The notes below the pieces were generated by a model. It made no database searches. It had not been told where the DNA came from and was given only the letters and a program-made list of their open reading frames with translations. From contig JBBNAI010000263.1 of assembly GCA_037994305.1 (NCBI GenBank), forward strand, positions 1 to 44,022: a stretch of 44,022 nucleotides of DNA. Direction: 5' to 3'. Made by a program: the position numbers and the translations under genes. This DNA comes from Pseudomonas sp. GTDB lineage: Bacteria; Pseudomonadota; Gammaproteobacteria; Pseudomonadales; Pseudomonadaceae. Of this stretch, positions 1 through 7,916 are shown piece by piece (position 1 is the first letter of the stretch; each line of letters begins with the position of its first letter).

Positions 1-93
1 CCTCAGGCGTTGGGCCATTCAGTGCGGCAATGATTCCGCACCGGGTCGTCACGCGTAAACTGTGCGCCTTTTCCCACCGTCCAGGCAGTAGTC

Positions 94-534
94 ATGGCCC
101 GTCTCAAACTCGATTTCTCCCAGCAGCAGTTCTGCTACAGCACCCACATGACCGTGCGCAGCACCGATATCAATGCCAGCAACCACCTGGGCAACGACTC
201 GATGATCTCGATGATCTCCGAAGCGCGGGCGCGCTTCCTGTTCGACTTCGGCATCAAGGAAGCCGCCGAAGCGGAGGGCATCATCGTCACCGACCTGGCC
301 ACCATGTACCGCGCCGAGTCCCACTCGCGTGACCAGTTGCTGTTCGAGGTCGGGGTCATGGACTTCAACCGCTACGGCGGCGACATCATCTTCCGCATCA
401 CCCGCCCGGCAGACGACACGCTGATCGCCATGGCCAAATCCGGCTTCGTGTTCTTCGACTACCGCATAGGCAAGGTGGTGGAGATGCCAGAAGCGTTCCG
501 CGCCCTGTTCCCACAGGTCAACTGGCTGGACTGA
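94..534 (+). CDS. Hotdog-fold acyl-CoA thioesterase family protein (4HBT/FcbC-like)
   Basis: 146 aa; VRSTDINASNHLGND resembles the 4HBT-type D-x-x-x-H motif; typical high-GC codon usage. Confidence 0.75.
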   Translation: MARLKLDFSQQQFCYSTHMTVRSTDINASNHLGNDSMISMISEARARFLFDFGIKEAAEAEGIIVTDLATMYRAESHSRDQLLFEVGVMDFNRYGGDIIFRITRPADDTLIAMAKSGFVFFDYRIGKVVEMPEAFRALFPQVNWLD

Positions 535-547
535 AGCCTCGGCGCAT

Positions 548-595
548 CGCATCAATACAGTGCGGGCGCAATTCCAATCGCACTGTATTGACCCG
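548..595. promoter_or_regulatory. Pair of NtrC-like enhancer sites
   Basis: CGCATCAATACAGTGCG (548-564) and CGCACTGTATTGACCCG (579-595) resemble TGCACC-N5-GGTGCA; 31 bp apart, just upstream of a sigma54 promoter; 552-564 and 579-591 are a perfect 13-bp inverted repeat. Confidence 0.55.
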
Positions 596-647
596 ACAGC
601 AAGCGCGAAAAGCCGTCTAAACCCAGTCTTTACGCCACCTGCACAGG

Positions 648-664
648 TTGGCCCGGCTCTTGCT
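648..664 (+). promoter_or_regulatory. sigma54 (-24/-12) promoter of the nitrate transporter operon
   Basis: TTGGCCCGGCTCTTGCT with GG(650-651)-N10-GC(662-663). Confidence 0.8.
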
Positions 665-678
665 GTAGCCATCGCACA

Positions 679-766
679 GGCATCCAACGGCGGTTGCCCA
701 CCGATACGACAATGGCGTCGCATTCATTTCACCGCGTAAAGCGGTTCGATGGTGCGGCGCTTTTTT
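679..766 (+). promoter_or_regulatory. ANTAR (NasT-type) dual-hairpin antitermination leader with overlapping intrinsic terminator
   Basis: Hairpin 1 GGCATCC-AACGGC-GGTTGCC (679-698); hairpin 2 CGAC-AATGGC-GTCG (707-720); both have 6-nt loops with A1/G4. A terminator stem (715-727 with 749-760) plus T6 (761-766) overlaps hairpin 2. Confidence 0.8.
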
Positions 767-964
767 CGTTTCAGCCCCAACGAATGGGGTGGGTGGACGA
801 CCGTGATCCGGGCGTCGACTCGTCACTCTCTCAATCTGGTTGCGGCTTCGGTCGCAAGGTCAGGGGCCACAAGCCCCTGATTTTCCCCGGCAACTGCCGG
901 CGACGTGCCCACGATCACGTCGACCTGCAGCTTGCCGGGACACTTATCAATGACGAGGTGTTGG

Positions 965-2176
965 ATGAATACAAGTTTCTGGAAAGCCGGCCACGCACCG
1001 ACGCTGCTCGCCGCATTTCTCTATTTCGACCTGAGCTTCATGGTCTGGTACGTCCTCGGCCCACTCGGCGTACAGATCGCCGCAGACCTCGGTCTGAGCA
1101 CCCAGCAACGCGCCATGATGGTCGCCACGCCGATCCTCTCCGGCGCGGTGCTGCGCTTCTTCATGGGCATGCTGGCGGACCGCACTTCACCGAAGAGTGC
1201 CGGTCTGATCGGCCAGGTGATCGTCATCGCGGCCCTGGCCGTGGCCTGGGTACATGGGGTAACGACCTATGAACAAGCCCTGCTGCTCGGCCTGTTCCTC
1301 GGCTTCGCTGGTGCCTCGTTCGCCGTCGCCCTGCCGCTGGCCTCGCAGTGGTACCCGCCGCAGCACCAGGGCAAAGCCATGGGCATCGCCGGTGCGGGCA
1401 ACTCCGGTACCGTACTCGCCGCGCTGTTCGCGCCGGTACTGGCCTCCATCTTCGGCTGGAGCAATGTGTTCGGTCTGGCCCTGATCCCACTGGTGCTGGT
1501 GCTGATCATCTTCGCCGGCGTGGCACGCAACGCCCCGGAGCGCCCGCCAGCCAAGTCCACCGCCGACTACCTCAAAGCCCTCGGTGACCGTGACAGCTGG
1601 TGGTTCATGTTCTTCTACAGCGTGACCTTCGGCGGCTTCCTCGGCCTGGCCAGCACCCTGCCCGGCTACTTCCATGACCAGTACGGCTTCGACCCGGTCA
1701 AGGCTGGCTACTACACCGCTGCCTGCGTGTTCGCCGGCAGCTTGATGCGCCCCCTGGGCGGCGCCCTGGCGGACCGCATCGGTGGTATCCGCTCGCTGCT
1801 GGTGGTCTACACCTGCGCCTCGATCTGCATCGCCGCCGTCGGTTTCAACCTGCCCAGCTCGCTGGCCGCCCTCGGCCTGTTCGTGGTTGCCATGCTCAGC
1901 CTGGGCGCCGGCAACGGCGCAGTGTTCCAGCTGGTGCCGCAGCGCTTTCGCAAGGAAATCGGCGTGATGACCGGGCTGATCGGCATGGCCGGTGGCATTG
2001 GTGGCTTCCTGCTGACCGCGGGCCTGGGTGCGATCAAGCAATCCACCGGTTCCTACCAGTTGGGCCTGTGGTTGTTCGCCAGCCTCGGCGTGCTGGCCTG
2101 GTTCGGCCTGTACGGTGTGAAGCTGCGCTGGCGCACCACCTGGGGCAGCGCAGCAGTGACTGCCGCCCGCGTCTGA
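965..2176 (+). CDS. nasA: NarK/NasA-family MFS nitrate/nitrite transporter
   Basis: About 12 hydrophobic helices; nitrate-signature-like motifs (WYPPQHQGKAMGIAGAGNSG; GAGNGAVFQLVPQRF...GMAGGIGGF). Start moved from ORF start 905 to ATG 965, which follows SD GAGGTG. Confidence 0.92.
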   Translation: MNTSFWKAGHAPTLLAAFLYFDLSFMVWYVLGPLGVQIAADLGLSTQQRAMMVATPILSGAVLRFFMGMLADRTSPKSAGLIGQVIVIAALAVAWVHGVTTYEQALLLGLFLGFAGASFAVALPLASQWYPPQHQGKAMGIAGAGNSGTVLAALFAPVLASIFGWSNVFGLALIPLVLVLIIFAGVARNAPERPPAKSTADYLKALGDRDSWWFMFFYSVTFGGFLGLASTLPGYFHDQYGFDPVKAGYYTAACVFAGSLMRPLGGALADRIGGIRSLLVVYTCASICIAAVGFNLPSSLAALGLFVVAMLSLGAGNGAVFQLVPQRFRKEIGVMTGLIGMAGGIGGFLLTAGLGAIKQSTGSYQLGLWLFASLGVLAWFGLYGVKLRWRTTWGSAAVTAARV

Positions 2177-2261
2177 GCCCCCTACGATCTCTTGATCGTA
2201 AGCCGGTTCTGAGAGTCTGCCTTGGTTCACCCCCAAGGCAGACTCTTCCGCTTGATCATTC

Positions 2262-2387
2262 AGGTCGGTTGCGACAAAGGCGAGGCCCGTCCAGCCTCCA
2301 CGCACTGGTCAGGAAAGGTGGATAGCCGTCGGCAACGACGGCCTTCCAGGAAAGCCGGACTGGTTTCGCCTTTGCCTCAACCGACTT
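2262..2387 (+). ncRNA. Candidate structured RNA element of unknown class (long closing stem with branched apex)
   Basis: Pairings 2262-2271/2378-2387, 2275-2287/2362-2374 and 2289-2292/2357-2360; inner hairpin GCCGTCG-GCAA-CGACGGC; G-U pairs and the GNRA loop favour the + strand. Confidence 0.4.
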
Positions 2388-2412
2388 ATCTGTTTATCCA
2401 TGAGAACCCCAG

Positions 2413-4080
2413 ATGGCCCTGCAACTGACCTTTGGTGAAGCCACCGCCACCGGCCCCCGCGCGGAAAATCAGGACGCCATCCGCGTGGTTACCCCGGCGC
2501 CGGCCCTGGCTGCCAGCAAAGGCTGCCTGTTTGCCCTGGCCGATGGCGTGAGCCAATGCGCCGATGGCGGCCTGGCGGCCCGTGCCACCTTGCAGGCCCT
2601 CGCGCTCGACTATTACGCCACGCCGGAAACCTGGGCCGTGGCGCAATCACTGGATCGCCTGCTGGTCGCCCACAACCGCTGGCTGCAGGCCAACGGTGGC
2701 GGCCAACCGCTGCTCACCACCCTGACCAGCCTGGTGCTGCGCGGTCGGCGCTACACCCTGGCGCATGTCGGCGACTGCCGCGCCTATCGCCTCAACGGCA
2801 CTGCTTTCGAGCGCCTCAGCGAAGACCATGTGTGGGAGCAACCGGGCATGCAACACGTGCTCAAGCGTGCGCTCGGCCTGGACCAGCACCTGGTGGTGGA
2901 TTACCGCGAAGGCGAGCTGCAGGAAGGCGATAGCTTCCTGCTGGTCAGCGATGGCGTGTGGTCGACCCTTGGCGACCACGGCATCCACGGCATGCTCAAG
3001 GACGAAACCGATCCGGGTGCCGCCTGCCGCGCCCTGGTCAGCGCCGCGCACCTGGCCGGCAGCCAGGACAACGCCAGCGCCGTGCTGGTGCAGGTACAGA
3101 ACCTGCCCGACAACGACCTGGCCGACACCCTGGCCCAGCTAGAACAGTGGCCCTTGCCACCGCAACTGCGCGACGGGCAGAACTTCGAGGGCTGGCAGGT
3201 CGAGCGCCTGCTGGCCGAGTCGCGCCAGTCGCTGGTCTACCGCGTGCGCGACAACCAGTCACGGCGCTGGTTGCTGAAGACCCTGCCAAGCAGCCGTCAT
3301 GACGAGGAGCAGGCCGCCCCCGCCCTGCTGCTGGAAGAATGGTTCCTGCGCCGTGTGGCCGGCCGCCACTTTCCCGAGGCGCACCCGCTGCCGCAGCGCC
3401 AACACCTGTACTACGTGCAGCGCGAACACCCGGGCCAGACCCTGGCCGAGCACCTGCGCCTGTCCGGTCAGCTGGGCCTGCCGGAATGGCTGGATGTCGC
3501 GCCGCGCCTGCTCAAGGCCATGGGCATGCTGCACCGGCGCAATATCCTGCATCGCGACATCAAGCCGGAGAACCTGCTCTGGTGCGACGACGGCGAACTG
3601 CGCATGCTCGACTTCGGCCTGGCCTATTGCCCGGGACTCTCGCGCGATGAACAGCACAGCCTGCCCGGCACCCCTAGCTACATCGCCCCGGAAGCCTTCA
3701 GCGGTGGCAAGCCCAGCCCGCAGCAGGATATCTATGCGGCGGGAGTGACCCTCTATCGCCTGCTCACCGGCCACTACCCCTACGGTGAGATCGAAGCCTT
3801 CCAGCACCCGCGCTTCGGCAAGCCGACGCCGCCCAGCCGCTACCGCCCGGATATCCCCGCCTGGCTCGACGACTGCGTGCTGCGTGCAGTGGCCGCCAAC
3901 CCCGAGGAGCGCTTCGAAACCGCCGAGGAATGGCTGCTCAGCCTCGAGCAGGGTGAACGCCAGGCCCTGATCCTGCGCCCGCGCCCGTTGCTCGAACGCG
4001 AACCGCTGAAAGTCTGGCGCAGCGTGGCGCTGGTCTCGCTGCTGCTCAACCTGGCGTTGCTGGTCGTCCTGCTTCGCTAG
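2413..4080 (+). CDS. Bifunctional PP2C-type phosphatase / Hanks-type Ser/Thr protein kinase with C-terminal membrane anchor
   Basis: PP2C motifs RAENQD, ALADG, HVGDCRAY, LVSDGVW, GSQDNAS; kinase motifs HRDIKPEN, DFG, GTPSYIAPE; hydrophobic C-terminus. Confidence 0.9.
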   Translation: MALQLTFGEATATGPRAENQDAIRVVTPAPALAASKGCLFALADGVSQCADGGLAARATLQALALDYYATPETWAVAQSLDRLLVAHNRWLQANGGGQPLLTTLTSLVLRGRRYTLAHVGDCRAYRLNGTAFERLSEDHVWEQPGMQHVLKRALGLDQHLVVDYREGELQEGDSFLLVSDGVWSTLGDHGIHGMLKDETDPGAACRALVSAAHLAGSQDNASAVLVQVQNLPDNDLADTLAQLEQWPLPPQLRDGQNFEGWQVERLLAESRQSLVYRVRDNQSRRWLLKTLPSSRHDEEQAAPALLLEEWFLRRVAGRHFPEAHPLPQRQHLYYVQREHPGQTLAEHLRLSGQLGLPEWLDVAPRLLKAMGMLHRRNILHRDIKPENLLWCDDGELRMLDFGLAYCPGLSRDEQHSLPGTPSYIAPEAFSGGKPSPQQDIYAAGVTLYRLLTGHYPYGEIEAFQHPRFGKPTPPSRYRPDIPAWLDDCVLRAVAANPEERFETAEEWLLSLEQGERQALILRPRPLLEREPLKVWRSVALVSLLLNLALLVVLLR

Positions 4081-4238
4081 CCACGCAATCCCCTGCAGGA
4101 GCACAGGCAGACTGATACATGACAGCAACATCCCCTGAAACCTGACCGGGTCGCCAGCCAGGCGTTCGGCCATATACACTGAGTCGAACCCATGGCGACT
4201 CTCTGCCATGGCCGTTCCAGCCAGATTTCAGGACGAAC

Positions 4239-5363
4239 ATGGCACAGGCCGGCAGCATCGATCTGGACGCATCCGTTTCCCCCCCACGCTTGCGCGTGCG
4301 CGGCGACTGGACCCTGCCGCACTACCGCGAACTGCGCCAGCGTATCGCCAGCCAGGCCGCCTCCAGCGAGGTCGAACTGAACCAGCTCGGCCAGCTCGAC
4401 ACCGCCGGTGCCTCGCTGCTCAGTGATTGGCTCGGCGCCGAACGCCTGGCCACGCTGATCGAGCACTGCCCCGACCTGCCCGCCGAGCGCCTGGCCCTGT
4501 TGCGCACCGTATGCCAGGCGCTGCAAGGCGTGCCGGTGGTCTGCCCACCGCCACCACCGTCCAGCCTGCGCGAATTTCTCGAACACATCGGCGCCGCCGT
4601 CAGCGCCCAGGCGCTGCAACTACGCGCCCTGCTAGGTTTCCTCGGCCTGACCCTGGCCAGCCTGTTCAGCAGTTTCTGGCGACCGCGCCGCTGGCGCGTT
4701 ACCGCGCTGGTTTCGCATGTCGAACAGACCGGGCTCGATGCCGTACCCATTGTTGCCCTGCTGACGTTCATGGTCGGTGCGGTGGTGGCCTTTCTCGGTG
4801 CCACCGTGCTCGCCCAGTTCGGCGCGACCATTTATACCGTGCACCTGGTCGCATTCTCCTTCCTGCGCGAGTTCGGCGTGCTGCTCACCGCCATCCTCAT
4901 GGCCGGGCGCACGGCCAGCGCATTCACCGCCCAGATCGGCGCGATGAAATCCAACGAGGAAATCGACGCGATCCGCACCCTCGGCCTCGATCCCATGGAG
5001 CTGCTGGTGCTGCCGCGGGTGCTGGCCCTGCTGATCAGTCTGCCGATCCTGACCTTTATCGCCATGCTCTGCGGCATCGTCGGCGGCGGCCTGGTCTGCA
5101 CCCTGCTGCTGGATATCTCACCAAGCCTGTTCCTCAACATCCTGCAGTCGAACATTCCCGTGCAGCACTTCTTCATCGGCCTGGTCAAAGCGCCGTTCTT
5201 CGCCCTGGTGATCGCCATCATCGGCTGCCTGGAAGGTTTCAAGGCCAGCGGTAGCGCCAAGTCGGTCGGCGACCACACCACCAGCAGCGTGGTGCAGTCG
5301 ATCTTCGTGGTGATCCTGCTCGACGCCGTGGCCGCGCTGTTCTTCATGGAGATGGGCTGGTGA
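4239..5363 (+). CDS. MlaE-family ABC permease with N-terminal STAS-like domain
   Basis: LDTAGA STAS-like motif; REFGVLLTAILMAGRTASAFTAQIGAMKSNEEIDAIRTLG MlaE signature. Confidence 0.9.
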   Translation: MAQAGSIDLDASVSPPRLRVRGDWTLPHYRELRQRIASQAASSEVELNQLGQLDTAGASLLSDWLGAERLATLIEHCPDLPAERLALLRTVCQALQGVPVVCPPPPPSSLREFLEHIGAAVSAQALQLRALLGFLGLTLASLFSSFWRPRRWRVTALVSHVEQTGLDAVPIVALLTFMVGAVVAFLGATVLAQFGATIYTVHLVAFSFLREFGVLLTAILMAGRTASAFTAQIGAMKSNEEIDAIRTLGLDPMELLVLPRVLALLISLPILTFIAMLCGIVGGGLVCTLLLDISPSLFLNILQSNIPVQHFFIGLVKAPFFALVIAIIGCLEGFKASGSAKSVGDHTTSSVVQSIFVVILLDAVAALFFMEMGW

Positions 5364-6145
5364 GCGGCGCGGCGCTGGTCGAGGTACGCGGGCTGGTCAA
5401 CCGCTTCGGTGCGCAGGTGGTGCACGACAACCTCGACCTGGATATCCGCCAAGGCGAGATCCTCGGTGTGGTCGGCGGCTCCGGCACCGGCAAGTCGGTG
5501 CTGCTGCGCAGCATAGTTGGCCTGCTGCGACCGGCCGCCGGCAGCGTCAAGGTATTCGGCGCAGACCTGCTGAACCTGGACGCCGAACGCCGCTCGCAGG
5601 TGGAACGGCGCTTCGGCGTGCTGTTCCAGCGCGGCGCCCTGTTTTCCTCGCTGAGTGTGGTGGAAAACATCGCCCTGCCGTTGATCGAACACGTCGGCCT
5701 GTCGCGCGCCGACGCCGAACACCTGGCGCGCCTGAAAGTCGCCCTCGCCGGCCTGCCGGTGGGCGCCGGCGACAAATTCCCCGACGAGCTGTCCGGCGGC
5801 ATGGTCAAGCGCGCCGCCCTGGCGCGCGCCCTGGCCCTGGACCCGGAAATCCTCTTTCTCGATGAACCCACCGCCGGCCTCGACCCGATCGGCGCCGCGG
5901 CGTTCGACCAGTTGATCCGCACCCTGCGCGACGCGCTGGGGCTCAGCGTGTTCATCATCACCCATGACCTGGACACCCTGTACAGCATCTGCGACCGCGT
6001 CGCGGTGCTGTCGCAGAAGCGCGTGCTGGTGGCCGACCGCCTCGACGTGGTCGAGGCCACCGACGATGCCTGGGTCCAGGAATACTTTCACGGCCCCCGT
6101 GGCCGCGCCGCCGCCCAGGCGGTCCTGCGTTCGGAGACACGCTGA
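5360..6145 (+). CDS. MlaF-family ABC ATP-binding protein
   Basis: Walker A GGSGTGKS, signature LSGGM, Walker B LFLDEPTAGLDP, H-loop ITHD; GTGA overlap with the permease stop. Confidence 0.92.
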   Translation: MSGAALVEVRGLVNRFGAQVVHDNLDLDIRQGEILGVVGGSGTGKSVLLRSIVGLLRPAAGSVKVFGADLLNLDAERRSQVERRFGVLFQRGALFSSLSVVENIALPLIEHVGLSRADAEHLARLKVALAGLPVGAGDKFPDELSGGMVKRAALARALALDPEILFLDEPTAGLDPIGAAAFDQLIRTLRDALGLSVFIITHDLDTLYSICDRVAVLSQKRVLVADRLDVVEATDDAWVQEYFHGPRGRAAAQAVLRSETR

Positions 6146-7080
6146 TGGAAACCCGTGCCCACCATGTGCTGATCGGCCTGTTCACCGTGCTGACGATAGG
6201 CGCCGCCCTGCTGTTCGCCCTGTGGCTGGGCAAGTCCAGCGTCGACCAGGAGTTCCGCGTCTATGACGTGGTGTTCAAGGAAGCCGTGACCGGCCTGTCC
6301 ATCGGCAGCGCCGTGCAGTACAGCGGGATAAAGGTCGGCGAAGTAGCCAACCTCAGCCTCGACCCCAAGGACCCGCGCATCGTGCGGGCACGTATTCGCG
6401 TGTCGTCCAGTACGCCGATCAAGGAAAACACCCACGCTCGCCTGTCGATCACCGGGGTCACCGGCAACGCCATCATCCAGATGTACGGCGGCACACCCTC
6501 CAGCCCCGCGCTGGCGACCAACAACGACAACCCCACGGAGATCCTCGCCGCCCCGTCGCCGCTGGCAAGCCTGCTGGCCAACGGCGAAGACGTGCTGACC
6601 AGCATCAACAAGCTGCTGAGCAATGCCAATCGCCTGTTCTCCGATGACAACATCAAGCACATCGGCAGCACCCTCACCCAGCTGGACCAGACCACAGCCG
6701 TGTTCGCCGAGCAGCGCGACAGCATTCGCCAGACCCTGGTCCAGCTCAACGAGGCCAGCCGCCAGGCCACGCTCACCCTGACGCAGAGTGCGACTCTGGC
6801 GCAGACCGCCAACCAGCTGGTCGACGAGCAAGGCCGCAGCATCTTCCAGCGCACCGAACAGACCGTCGCCGCCCTGGAGCGCAGCAGCCATAACCTCGAG
6901 CAACTGCTGAACGACAACAAGGGCGCATTGGGCAGCAGCCTGCAAGGTCTCGGCGAAATCGGCCCGGCCATTGCCGAACTGCGCGCCACCCTGGCCAGCC
7001 TGCGCCAGTCCGGTCGCAAACTGGCGGAAAACCCCGGCGCCCTGCTCGAACGTGAAGAGAATCAGGAGTTCGAACCATGA
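6145..7080 (+). CDS. MlaD/MCE-domain substrate-binding protein with long helical tail
   Basis: METRAHHVLIGLF N-terminal TM; GLSIGSAVQYSGIKVGEV MCE motif. Confidence 0.9.
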   Translation: METRAHHVLIGLFTVLTIGAALLFALWLGKSSVDQEFRVYDVVFKEAVTGLSIGSAVQYSGIKVGEVANLSLDPKDPRIVRARIRVSSSTPIKENTHARLSITGVTGNAIIQMYGGTPSSPALATNNDNPTEILAAPSPLASLLANGEDVLTSINKLLSNANRLFSDDNIKHIGSTLTQLDQTTAVFAEQRDSIRQTLVQLNEASRQATLTLTQSATLAQTANQLVDEQGRSIFQRTEQTVAALERSSHNLEQLLNDNKGALGSSLQGLGEIGPAIAELRATLASLRQSGRKLAENPGALLEREENQEFEP

Positions 7081-7703
7081 TCCACGCCCTGCGTGCCCTT
7101 GCCCTGCTCGGCCTGAGCGTCCTGCTCGCGTCCTGCTCGCTGCTGCCCAAGGCACAGCCCATCGACATCTACCTGCTGCCACCCTCAACCCTGGGCAGCC
7201 AGACCACTGGTCCACGCCTGAGCCAGACGCTGAGCCTGGTGCGCCCGCAGGCCAGCCAGGTGCTCGACAGCACGCGCATCGCGGTGATTCCGGCCGACAG
7301 CCGCATCAGCAGCTACAAGGGGGCGCGCTGGGGTGACCCGGCGCCCGCCTTGCTGCGCGACCGCCTGCTGGATGTGCTGCGCCGCAGTGGCGGCTTCAGC
7401 GCCGTGATCAGCGAAGAGCAGCACCTGCGCAGCGACCTGCAGCTGTACGGCAACCTGCTGAGTTTCCAGAGTGAATACCATGATGGCCAGGTGCTGGCGG
7501 TGATACGCCTCGACGCGCAGCTGGTCGACAGCGAGAGCCGGCGCATCCTCACCAGCCGCCGCTTCGAGGTCAGCCAGGCGAGCAGCGACACCCAGGTCGC
7601 CTCGGTGGTCGATGCCTTCGGTACCGCCAGCGATAGCTTGGCTCGCCAGCTGACCGACTGGCTGCTGGCCTCTGCACCCAAAGCAGGGCAAACCGCACCA
7701 TGA
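7077..7703 (+). CDS. ABC-type transport auxiliary lipoprotein (PqiC-like)
   Basis: Lipobox LLAS-C; YKGARWGDP motif; last gene of the MCE operon with ATGA overlap. Confidence 0.85.
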   Translation: MIHALRALALLGLSVLLASCSLLPKAQPIDIYLLPPSTLGSQTTGPRLSQTLSLVRPQASQVLDSTRIAVIPADSRISSYKGARWGDPAPALLRDRLLDVLRRSGGFSAVISEEQHLRSDLQLYGNLLSFQSEYHDGQVLAVIRLDAQLVDSESRRILTSRRFEVSQASSDTQVASVVDAFGTASDSLARQLTDWLLASAPKAGQTAP

Positions 7704-7730
7704 CTGCGCGCGCCGCCTCAGTGCGGTGCG
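7694..7730. promoter_or_regulatory. NtrC-like enhancer sites
   Basis: CGCACCATGACTGCGCG (7694-7710) and CGCCTCAGTGCGGTGCG (7714-7730) each carry one good half-site; they lie upstream of a sigma54 promoter. Confidence 0.45.
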
Positions 7731-7783
7731 CCATTTGCCAGCAAAACCCTGCAAAAGCCCCTCTCAGGCGGCGTTTTTTGGTA

Positions 7784-7800
7784 TTGGCACAATCCCTGCT
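7784..7800 (+). promoter_or_regulatory. sigma54 promoter of the nitrate reductase operon
   Basis: TTGGCAC-AATCC-CTGCT with GG(7786-87)-N10-GC(7798-99). Confidence 0.85.
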
Positions 7801-7823
7801 TTATCACGGATAACACAGACATA

Positions 7824-7916
7824 GAGCTGTTCTTCAATGGCGAAGAACAGCTCACCCGATCGATCGGGATCAGGACAAAGGCGTCCTCGCTAGGTAACTA
7901 GCGGGACGCCTTTTTT
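7824..7916 (+). promoter_or_regulatory. ANTAR dual-hairpin leader with terminator (nalA-like)
   Basis: Hairpin 1 GAGCTGTTCTTC-AATGGC-GAAGAACAGCTC (7824-7853); hairpin 2 AGGAC-AAAGGC-GTCCT (7872-7887); terminator GGCGTCCTCGCTAG-GTAA-CTAGCGGGACGCC plus T6. Confidence 0.85.

Noticed and set aside
905-964. Longest-ORF N-terminal extensions (also starts at 16705, 24227, 25217, 30562, 38259, 38645, 38901, 43511)
   Set aside because: Downstream starts have better SD sequences, stop/start overlaps and family-typical N-termini
2281-2322. Resemblance to the guanidine-III riboswitch (CGAGG...GGTCAGGA)
   Set aside because: The segments that should form P1 around these motifs are not complementary, and the downstream gene is not a guanidine exporter
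2289-2360. Resemblance to the HDV ribozyme core (GTCCAGCCTCCACGC)
   Set aside because: No P1 helix or correctly placed catalytic J4/2 segment can be built
2200-2387. Possible group II intron domain V remnant or integron attC site
   Set aside because: Only a few nucleotides match domain V; the GTT/AAC boxes are in the wrong order for attC; no reverse transcriptase or integrase nearby
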